Origin: a virus
Lineage: Duplodnaviria > Caudoviricetes
DNA: 42,597 nucleotides
Direction: 5' to 3' (one strand)
Virus record (IMG/VR): IMGVR_UViG_3300049182_000046
Location: 1-42,597 of that record
Part shown: positions 9,835 to 16,885 of the stretch, piece after piece
How positions within the stretch are numbered: the first letter of the stretch is position 1
Layout: each line of letters opens with the position of its first letter
Translations under genes and position numbers: made by a program
Notes under the pieces: generated by a model
Databases searched by the model: none
The model's input: the letters and a program-made list of their open reading frames with translations, nothing else
Told to the model about the DNA's origin: nothing

Positions 9835-10083
9835 TCAGTCCTCAACGGGCATGTCGCAGATCAGGCGCATGTCCTCGTCGTTCGAGAAGCGTTCGATCTT
9901 CCGTTCCCGCATGAAGGCAGGCAGATCGTCGAGGCTGATGCGTTGCCATCCTGTCTGTTCTGTGCCCTTGTGCATGGCTTCGTCGCCACGGTATTCAGTC
10001 TTCGTGGTGTACTTGCGGATGGTGCAGTACCCTGCGTTCAGGTCTGCCTCCATCGTCCAGTCGGTGGTCGTTGTTGTGGTCAT
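9835..10083 (-). CDS. hypothetical early protein
   Basis: 82 aa, GAGGAG RBS. Confidence 0.75.
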   Translation of the reverse strand: MTTTTTTDWTMEADLNAGYCTIRKYTTKTEYRGDEAMHKGTEQTGWQRISLDDLPAFMRERKIERFSNDEDMRLICDMPVED

Positions 10084-10094
10084 GGTGCTTCTCC

Positions 10095-10388
10095 TCAGGG
10101 AAGGCGCGATGCGGTCTGGAGGCGGCGAAAGTAAATAGCGTGCTTCACGCGTTCTCTGCGCGTCTCGTACTCTTCGTTCAGGCGCGTGGGTTCGGTGAGG
10201 AAGGCCGCGATCAGCGCCGCGATAAACGCGCTATCCTGTCGGGAGGTCCCGAACTGCCCGTTCTGGAGTACGTACCCGATCGTACGGAAGTTGTGGAGGC
10301 TGCTGATGGTTTTCGTGCAGCCCTCGTTCTTTGCTGCCTTTTTGCGGTCGCGAAGGTATTGCTGCTGGTAGGTCTTTTCGCTGTACAT
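10095..10388 (-). CDS. hypothetical early protein
   Basis: 97 aa, GGAG RBS. Confidence 0.7.
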   Translation of the reverse strand: MYSEKTYQQQYLRDRKKAAKNEGCTKTISSLHNFRTIGYVLQNGQFGTSRQDSAFIAALIAAFLTEPTRLNEEYETRRERVKHAIYFRRLQTASRLP

Positions 10389-10444
10389 GGTGCTTCTCCG
10401 GTGTTCCGATTAGAGGGGTGGGGGCTTGCGCCCCCAGAGGTGTC

Positions 10445-11032
10445 TCAGTGCTGGTGTTTCGCGATCCAGCTCTTCGGGGCCGGGATCGTGGATGCGTCGG
10501 GCAGGGCCAGTTCGCCCGCTTCTGCGACGACGCGCTGCAGAGCCAGACGGCCAGTCATCCGCAGACGGCCCTGCCAGCCCTTCGTGGTGCGGTTCCAGTG
10601 GCTGTGCTTGACGCCGTTCGCGTCGAGGATGGCCTCGAAAGCGGGCACGATCAGCTTGGTCTTCTCGTCCAGAGTGCGGCGGGCCAGTTCGATGGCGAGC
10701 CAGTCCGAGGTCGAGCGGGCCAGAGCCTTGACGGAGACGTCCTTCGGCTTCCGCATGGTGGCGGCGCGTTCCTTGTACTTGGCTTTGTACGTGGAGGCGA
10801 CGACGCTGTTCGGCAGGTCCTCTTCGTCGTCGAGGTCGATTGCGAGCGAGGCTGCGGCGGCAACCCACTGCTCGATCGTCAGGTCCGAAAGCTTCGTGGC
10901 TTCGACCGTCTCTTCACCCTGCTCTGCGGAGAAGACGTAGACGCCGTCTTCCTGCTCGAGGGTGAGGTCCGTGATCATGGGGTATGCTGCGAGTACTGCT
11001 TCGACGATTGCGCGGGTGGTGATGCGGGCCAT
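10445..11032 (-). CDS. hypothetical early protein with shared 'WQGR-x-RMT' domain (paralog 3 of 3)
   Basis: GGAGG RBS before MARITTRAIV; own promoter; C-terminal similarity to 4977..5966 and 165..728. Confidence 0.85.
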   Translation of the reverse strand: MARITTRAIVEAVLAAYPMITDLTLEQEDGVYVFSAEQGEETVEATKLSDLTIEQWVAAAASLAIDLDDEEDLPNSVVASTYKAKYKERAATMRKPKDVSVKALARSTSDWLAIELARRTLDEKTKLIVPAFEAILDANGVKHSHWNRTTKGWQGRLRMTGRLALQRVVAEAGELALPDASTIPAPKSWIAKHQH

Positions 11033-11089
11033 TGGTCTGTCCTCCGTCTGGCGTTGCGTCGGTGGCGTCGTGCCCTCCGATCTGTTTGC

Positions 11090-11118
11090 ATTGTACCACG
11101 GCGGAGAGGCGGTGTCAA
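11090..11118 (-). promoter_or_regulatory. sigma70-type promoter
   Basis: TTGACA-17bp-TACAAT with CGTGG extended -10. Confidence 0.85.
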
Positions 11119-11225
11119 TGGCTTTGGTGTTGCGTCGGACGCAGGTTTGATGTGCACGGAACGCATGGCTCGTGGGGCAGAGTTGGCACGGCGCTTGCAA
11201 GGAGACAGGAGGGCGTTGTGGTGTA

Positions 11226-11462
11226 GAGGCGGCGATACGATGAGGCGTGGCCCGGTGCCACCCATACGACTTATTACCACCGTACCCCAGTCGTTCGGGG
11301 GAGGGAGCTACGCGGGGTTTTTAGGGGGTTACTTTCGATGGTCAGTAGTGGTCCCCGTGTAGGGGGCCGCAGCCGAACGACTGGGACACGGTGGTAACAG
11401 GTCGCATGGGTGGCACCGGGCCACGGGTGCACCGCCCCTGCTTTTCGCCGTATCGCCGCCTC
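11226..11462 (-). ncRNA. long intergenic RNA hairpin (53-bp inverted repeat plus outer 14-bp stem)
   Basis: 11246-11298 pairs with 11373-11425 (5 mismatches, 4 of them G-U on the minus strand); 11226-11239 pairs with 11449-11462. Confidence 0.6.
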
Positions 11463-11583
11463 CACGCACCGCCTTTTCGTGTTCCCTTCGCCCCGCTGCG
11501 CCTACGCTCCTCCGACGCACGGACACAACGAAGCGCCTCCACCGTTCTGGCAGAGCCGCTTCGTGTCGTCGCTTCCGTGGGGC

Positions 11584-11784
11584 TCAGTCGTCGACGTTCT
11601 TCGCTGCGACGACAGCCATCGCGGCTTCGCACCAGATGCGATGAAGCTCTTCCACCGACCTTCCGGGCAGCTTCGCTTCTAGGTCTTCGCATTGGTCCTC
11701 GGGTGCGACGCGCTCGCTGAACGCGCCGATGACTGCGAGAAGGGCTTCATGCTGTTCGTTCGTGAGGTGGAGGGTCTTGGCCAT
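11584..11784 (-). CDS. small acidic early protein
   Basis: 66 aa, preceded by the duplicated 40-nt leader with AAGGA RBS. Confidence 0.8.
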   Translation of the reverse strand: MAKTLHLTNEQHEALLAVIGAFSERVAPEDQCEDLEAKLPGRSVEELHRIWCEAAMAVVAAKNVDD

Positions 11785-12068
11785 TGCGTTCTGTCCTTGT
11801 GTTTCACGTGTGGCGTTCTGTGGGGCTTCAGTTCATCATCCAGAGGAGGCTGCGCTCCAGAGCCGCTTCGATCGTCGGCTGCTTGTTCGTGACGAGGCGC
11901 GTTCTGTCGCTGCAGTACTGTACCATCCAGCGCCCGTCCTTCTGTTCGGATACGACGAAGGTTCCGTTCCAGCCGAGCTTCGCTGCTTCGTCGTGGAGGC
12001 GCTTCTCTGTGGCTTCGATCTTGGCGTTCATTGCGTTCTGTCCTTGTGTTTCACGTGTGACGTTCTGT
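11782..12068. repeat. 40-nt direct repeat (duplicated translation leader) at 11782-11821 and 12029-12068
   Basis: cattgcgttctgtccttgtgtttcacgtgtg(g/a)cgttctgt, one mismatch. Confidence 0.9.
11828..12031 (-). CDS. small early protein
   Basis: 67 aa MNAKIEATEK...; duplicated leader with RBS. Confidence 0.8.
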   Translation of the reverse strand: MNAKIEATEKRLHDEAAKLGWNGTFVVSEQKDGRWMVQYCSDRTRLVTNKQPTIEAALERSLLWMMN

Positions 12069-12301
12069 CGAGGTTCATGCACGGCGCGTTCTGTGGGCTA
12101 CGACGCTGCGAAGCGCTTCCTTTGCGCTCGTCGTGTCTGCGCGTCCCGGTTGCGCCGGGCTTCGCCTCGTTGGGGTTCGGTTGTGCCGGTTCGCCGCCCT
12201 GTTGGCCCTCGCTTGCGCGTGGGTTCGCCGCCCCGGTTGGGGTTCGCTTGGGCGCGGTTTGCCCCGCCCGCCTTTCGGCGTCGGGGCTGGCTTCGCCGCT
12301 G

Positions 12302-12613
12302 TTAGGGCCGGTTGGCGGCCGCTTGCGCGGCCTTCCGGGCTTCGTGGGCTTCCGCCTCGGCTTCGCCGTCGCTGCCGTCGGCGTCGCGGTGCGCTGCCGC
12401 TGCCCGCTCGTGCTCGTCTGCCGCCTCGTCGTTTCCGGCCTCGCGCTGCGCGTCTGCCGCTGCTTCGTGCGCGTCTGCCGCTGCCTCGTGCTCGGCTGTC
12501 GTGTCGCCGCCGTTTTCGTCTGCGGCCTCTGCGCGTTCGCTGGCGGCGGTCGCTGCTGCCGTGGCTTCTGCTGCCGCTGCGCGGCGGGCCTGCTCGTCGT
12601 GGTGGTCCTGCAT
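12302..12613 (-). CDS. first early gene: Ala/Glu/Asp/His-rich 103-aa protein encoded by a U-free reading frame
   Basis: AGGAG RBS at 12622-12626, ATG at 12613, TAA at 12302-12304, upstream promoter; no T in any internal codon. Confidence 0.85.
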   Translation of the reverse strand: MQDHHDEQARRAAAAEATAAATAASERAEAADENGGDTTAEHEAAADAHEAAADAQREAGNDEAADEHERAAAAHRDADGSDGEAEAEAHEARKAAQAAANRP

Positions 12614-12681
12614 TGTCGTTGCTCCTGTCGGTTGTGCCCCGCGCCCCCGGCGCGGGCGGGGCGAGCGCCGCCCCAGAGACA

Positions 12682-12710
12682 AGAATACCACGGCGCGGCG
12701 GGGGCCGCAA
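12682..12710 (-). promoter_or_regulatory. first early sigma70-type promoter
   Basis: TTGCGG-17bp-TATTCT with CGTGG extended -10, the same architecture as the other phage promoters. Confidence 0.7.
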
Positions 12711-12719
12711 TGTATCGGG

Positions 12720-13010
12720 GGTTGTATCGTGCGCGCCGCGCTCTCGCGCCGGGGTTGTGGCCTCGCGCCCCGCCGCCGCTCGCCTCGGGGTTGTGGCGCT
12801 GCGCCGCTGCTCGTCCCCCGTGTCTCGCGCCGGGGTTGTGGCCTCGCCTCTCTGCTCGCGTCGCGTGTCTCGCGTCCCGGTTGCGCTCTGCCCGCCTTGC
12901 TCGCCCCGGTTGTGTCGCCTCGGTCGGTTGTCCTCGCCCCGTCTCTGCGCGTCTGGGTTGTGTCCTCCCCTCGGGTTGTGGCCGCGCCGCCGCCTCGCGG
13001 CCGGGTTGTG
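12720..13010. repeat. array of 10 GGTTG(TG) motifs (CACAACC on the minus strand)
   Basis: GGTTG starts at 12720, 12753, 12789, 12834, 12879, 12908, 12926, 12956, 12974, 13004; the longer unit ctcgcgccggggttgtggcctcgc occurs twice. Confidence 0.8.
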
Positions 13011-13150
13011 CCGCCTCCGGGGCGCGTCGGCTTCGATACCCCCCATGACTATGGGTGCGGCCTAGACTGTGAAGGGGACCCGTTTCGCCGCGCGTCGTAT
13101 CGACAATGTAGTACCCCAGTGCCCCTCCGATTCCACGTTACCACACTACC

Positions 13151-13179
13151 TTGACACCCGCCCACGCGTATGATATGCT
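13151..13179 (+). promoter_or_regulatory. sigma70-type promoter (rightward arm)
   Basis: TTGACA-17bp-TATGCT with TG extension. Confidence 0.75.
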
Positions 13180-13214
13180 ACCTAGTCAACTCGCACAAAG
13201 GAAGGCGCAGTATT

Positions 13215-13586
13215 ATGGACGAAGAATTAGCATTGAAAGTCGAGGTCATCGCATCAACGTGCCACGAAGCGAATCGGGCATATTGCAAGACCATCGGCGA
13301 TTTCTCGCAGCCCCTCTGGAAAGACGCCCCCGAATGGCAGAAAACGTCGGCTCGTCAAGGCGTCGTATTCCACATGAAACACCCCGACGCAGACGCTTCG
13401 GCCTCGCACCAAAGCTGGTATGACGCAAAGGCCGCTGATGGCTGGTCTTATGGTCCCGTCAAGGACCCAGACAACAAGCGTCACCCCTGCTTCGTTCCCT
13501 TCAAGGAATTGCCCATCGAGCAGCAGGTCAAGGACCACATCTTCCGGTCGGTCGTCCACGGAATGCTCAGCTGCATGGCCCAATGA
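13215..13586 (+). CDS. RyR-domain protein
   Basis: HQSWYDAKAADGWSYGPVKDPDNKRHPCFVPFKELP..QQVKD matches the RyR repeat pattern common in phages. Confidence 0.8.
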   Translation: MDEELALKVEVIASTCHEANRAYCKTIGDFSQPLWKDAPEWQKTSARQGVVFHMKHPDADASASHQSWYDAKAADGWSYGPVKDPDNKRHPCFVPFKELPIEQQVKDHIFRSVVHGMLSCMAQ

Positions 13587-13948
13587 CCCACAATTCCGAG
13601 GCCAGTCCGCTCAAGATCACGTTGGAATTGCAAGAGGTGTGGCGCGCTTTCGATGCCTTGCCGAAGATCATTCGTGACGAGATTGCACACGCTGCTTTCG
13701 AATATGACACGATAGCAATTCTCGCGGACTATCGTGCTCACAAGGCGGACTGGCTCCGGGATATATCGGACTATGAATACCTGCAGATCATGAAGGACAA
13801 TTTCCGGCGTGATCTGTATGCGCACTCAATGACGAGGACGGAAAATGGAACATATCGCCTTGCTAAGCGTAAGGTTAGCAAACTTCATGGCCGACAGGAA
13901 TCAGAGCGAAAGGACTTTCAAACCTACCAACCGCGACACCCTCGATGA
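13583..13948 (+). CDS. hypothetical protein
   Basis: ATGA-coupled, 121 aa. Confidence 0.65.
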   Translation: MTHNSEASPLKITLELQEVWRAFDALPKIIRDEIAHAAFEYDTIAILADYRAHKADWLRDISDYEYLQIMKDNFRRDLYAHSMTRTENGTYRLAKRKVSKLHGRQESERKDFQTYQPRHPR

Positions 13949-14417
13949 TATCGCCAAGTTCAACACCACAGCGAAAATGCTGGAGGACCAAGGCAAGATC
14001 ACCATCTTCAAACAGCCCGACGCGTGGCGTCTGGTCAAAAAGGTAGTACCGATCATGGAAACTGCAACCCCCTCCCTCGACAAGTCCGACGCAAGCGCCG
14101 CTCAGGTCGCCAAGACCCCGTGGCGCGTAAGCCTGGAAGCGATGAAGCGTCAGGTCGAGAGCGTCGAATACCTGCACCCGCAGACTATCCCCCACATGAC
14201 CATTGCGGTCGTGCTTCTGAAAAACGGCTATGCTCTGCAGGGAATGTCCGCCCCTGCCGACCCGGAAAACTACAACGAAGAGCGCGGCCGGGAATTTGCC
14301 TACGAGGATGCCCTGCGGAAGATGTGGCCGTTGGAGGCGTACGTAATGCGTGACGTCCTTTCGGAGCGCATCGAACTCGTTGGAGAAGAACAGGCGGCGG
14401 AACGCTGGGGTAGTTGA
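13887..14417 (+). CDS. N4 gp49 / Sf6 gp66 family protein
   Basis: MTIAVVLLKNGYALQGMSAPADPENYNEERGREFAYEDALRKMWPLEAY pattern; start uncertain. Confidence 0.75.
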   Translation: MADRNQSERTFKPTNRDTLDDIAKFNTTAKMLEDQGKITIFKQPDAWRLVKKVVPIMETATPSLDKSDASAAQVAKTPWRVSLEAMKRQVESVEYLHPQTIPHMTIAVVLLKNGYALQGMSAPADPENYNEERGREFAYEDALRKMWPLEAYVMRDVLSERIELVGEEQAAERWGS

Positions 14418-14442
14418 CACCCCCACGCGTACGTGCTATACT
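14414..14442 (+). promoter_or_regulatory. sigma70-type promoter
   Basis: TTGACA-17bp-TATACT with TG extension. Confidence 0.8.
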
Positions 14443-14470
14443 TCTCACGCATGCAACCAAGGAGACTCCA

Positions 14471-14989
14471 ATGAACGACAAGACAACCAACGAGGCCAAG
14501 CCGACCGGTTCCCCGGTAACGACGGCCACCCCCGGCAACGAAGTGAAGGGTTCGCCCGTCACCGCCGCATCGAGCGACAAGTCCAACAACGCTCCGAACA
14601 ACGCGGCTCCGGGTCCGCAGTCCACCAAGACCCTGACTCCGAGCGGCACTGCCGTCAAGACGCCGGAAGGCGACGAAAAGCCGAAGAACGAAGTGTCGGA
14701 CAACACTACCGAGGACCCGGCTCCGGAAATTTCCCGCGAAGAAGAAGCCAAGCTGGAATCGATTCTGGATGGCGAGGCCGAAGATGACGGTCGCATGAAT
14801 GCCGACGGATCGGTGAAGATCGGCGACGACGACCCGGACTATATGAAGGCCGGCAAGACTGCGTGGAACAAGATCGTCCGCATCACGTCGATCGTTCCCA
14901 AGGACACCCCCGATGAACACGTCGTTTGGGGTGCTGGCGGCGTTGTTCTCACGCTCGGCGACTTGCGCGCCCTCGTGAAACGCGGCTGA
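14471..14989 (+). CDS. hypothetical protein with disordered N-terminus
   Basis: AAGGAG RBS; MNDKTTNEAK... Confidence 0.8.
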   Translation: MNDKTTNEAKPTGSPVTTATPGNEVKGSPVTAASSDKSNNAPNNAAPGPQSTKTLTPSGTAVKTPEGDEKPKNEVSDNTTEDPAPEISREEEAKLESILDGEAEDDGRMNADGSVKIGDDDPDYMKAGKTAWNKIVRITSIVPKDTPDEHVVWGAGGVVLTLGDLRALVKRG

Positions 14990-15005
14990 TACGTTCCAGT
15001 ACTAC

Positions 15006-15034
15006 TTGACTTCGGGCCGGTGGCGTGGTACACT
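15006..15034 (+). promoter_or_regulatory. sigma70-type promoter for packaging genes
   Basis: TTGACT-17bp-TACACT with GCGTGG. Confidence 0.75.
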
Positions 15035-15055
15035 TCCACTCACCGGCCTCTTCGT

Positions 15056-15526
15056 ATGCGGAAAATCATGAACGCTCAATTGCCCCGTGACCTCATTCCC
15101 CTGCCCACCATGCCTTACGACACCCGGCCTGACTACCTGCCGCTGGATATCGAGGAATGCAGGACTGCGATCTGGCGCGGCAATGGCAACGTCACAACCG
15201 CTGCCGACATTCTCAAGGTCACCTCCGCAAGGCTTCGCGCATTTGTCCGGAAGTCCCCCTACCTTTCGGCGCAGCTTGAAGAAGCCAAAGAGCAACTCAA
15301 GGATATCGCGGAGGACAACGTCTACGAAGCCCTGACCGACAACGAGGATAAGGGCCGAAAAGACGCCATGACCCGCTTCGTCCTGCAGGGTATCGGCAAG
15401 GACCGGGGATGGGGTTCCGGCGGCACCAAGGTGCAGGTGAACAATTCCCAAGGTGGCACGGTCATCGTGGGCTGGCAAGATGGCACAGTATTCCAGCCCC
15501 AAGAGCGAGTGATCGACCATGAGTGA
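15056..15526 (+). CDS. terS: terminase small subunit (HTH)
   Basis: GNVTTAADILKVTSARL HTH pattern; immediately upstream of and overlapping terL; start 15056 or 15068. Confidence 0.7.
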   Translation: MRKIMNAQLPRDLIPLPTMPYDTRPDYLPLDIEECRTAIWRGNGNVTTAADILKVTSARLRAFVRKSPYLSAQLEEAKEQLKDIAEDNVYEALTDNEDKGRKDAMTRFVLQGIGKDRGWGSGGTKVQVNNSQGGTVIVGWQDGTVFQPQERVIDHE

Positions 15527-16874
15527 GGCTCCGAGGTACGCAGAAGAGAATACCGTCGACGAGCCGAAGAAAGTCGTAATCCCTTATCGGCCCCGGAAAC
15601 ACTTCATCGCGCTCCACACTTCGACGAAGCGCTGGAAATTTGTTGTCGCCCATCGTCGAGCCGGGAAATCGGTCGCCGCGATCAACGAAATGATCAAGAA
15701 GGCGCTTGAGAATACCCGCCAAGACCCACCACCGAGGTATGCTTATGTCGGACCATCCTTCGACCAGACCAAGGACCTCATTTGGGGTTACCTCAAGCAC
15801 TTTGCCGGTGCGATACCGGGTGTGGAGTTTCGTGAGGGTGACCTCATGTGTATTCTTCCTAATGGCGCTACTATTCGGCTCTATGGCGGTGCAGCTGCTT
15901 ATGAGCGTATGCGTGGCCTCTATTTTGACGGCATCATGCTGGATGAGTTCACGCTCCTTAATCCTGCCGTTTTCTCTACTGTCGTTCGACCTTGTCTTGC
16001 TGACTATCGTGGCTGGGCAATCATTTCCGGTACTTCTAACGGTGATGACCATTTTGCTGAGCTTAGGAACAAGAACATCAACAATCCCGCTTGGGACATC
16101 TTCAGCATCCCGGTAACGGAAACCGACGCGCTTCACCCCGACGAAGTCATCGAAATGACTGCCGATATGTCGCCGGAGGAGTACGCACGAGAAATGCTGT
16201 GCTCTTTCGACGCGCCGGTTGAAGGAAGCTATTACGGCGATATCCTCAACGAAATGGAGGGGCTTGGAACCACCACGGCAATGCCGTACGGGACCAATCG
16301 CGTCCCGCAGATCACGGTCGTTCCGTACCAGCCCCAATTACCCGTCCACACGATGTGGGACCTTGGCATCGACGATGCGACGGCGGTCTGGTTCTTCCAG
16401 ATCGTGGGTCAGGCTCTCCACTTCATCCGATACAAGGAATACGTCGGCAAGGGCCTCCCCGATATCTGGGCAGACATCCTGTCGATGAAGTACGCCGTTA
16501 TGGGTGATCTAATCACGCCGCACGACGTTAAAGCCCGCGAATTGGGCACAGGGAAGTCGCGCTTTGAGGTGTTCACTACCCTCACTGGTGACGTACCACA
16601 GGTAGCGCCTCTACACCGTGTCGAGGATGGAATCGAGGCCGTGCGCGGCTTGCTTCGCATCTCTTATTTTGACAAGGATGAGTGTGCCGCTGGCCTTTCG
16701 GCGATGAAGAACTATCACCGTAGCAAGGCTGGTAAGCCGGTTCACAACTGGGCCTCCCACGGAGCGGACTCTTACCGCACCGGAGCAATGGGCCTCCACC
16801 TCATTTCTAGTTACGGCAATGTCCGTGGTAGAAACGTTTTGTCGATGCGACGCGGCTTGCGCCGTAGACTCTAA
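15519..16874 (+). CDS. terL: terminase large subunit
   Basis: Walker A HRRAGKS, Walker B IMLDE, nuclease motifs WDLG..D and SHGADSYR. Confidence 0.93.
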   Translation: MSEAPRYAEENTVDEPKKVVIPYRPRKHFIALHTSTKRWKFVVAHRRAGKSVAAINEMIKKALENTRQDPPPRYAYVGPSFDQTKDLIWGYLKHFAGAIPGVEFREGDLMCILPNGATIRLYGGAAAYERMRGLYFDGIMLDEFTLLNPAVFSTVVRPCLADYRGWAIISGTSNGDDHFAELRNKNINNPAWDIFSIPVTETDALHPDEVIEMTADMSPEEYAREMLCSFDAPVEGSYYGDILNEMEGLGTTTAMPYGTNRVPQITVVPYQPQLPVHTMWDLGIDDATAVWFFQIVGQALHFIRYKEYVGKGLPDIWADILSMKYAVMGDLITPHDVKARELGTGKSRFEVFTTLTGDVPQVAPLHRVEDGIEAVRGLLRISYFDKDECAAGLSAMKNYHRSKAGKPVHNWASHGADSYRTGAMGLHLISSYGNVRGRNVLSMRRGLRRRL

Positions 16875-16885
16875 GGGATCACACA

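Larger units (their letters stand above)
12113..13035 (+). other. adenine-free strand region
   Basis: 12113-12663 has only 2 A (12304, 12612); 12727-13035 has none; the remaining A's cluster in and around the promoter at 12664-12726. Confidence 0.95.

Noticed and set aside
11246-11425. MITE or IS ends, or an invertible segment
   Set aside because: No transposase or recombinase and no evident target-site duplication; the G-U-biased mismatches favour an RNA structure.
12720-13010. CRISPR-like array
   Set aside because: The repeats are short, degenerate and irregularly spaced, and no cas genes are present.
11729-13154. Several long overlapping ORFs (439, 323, 310, 280 and 173 aa) on both strands
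   Set aside because: Artefacts of the A-free strand: stop codons need both T and A, so they cannot form on either strand here. Only 12302..12613 has an RBS, a promoter and a dedicated start and stop.
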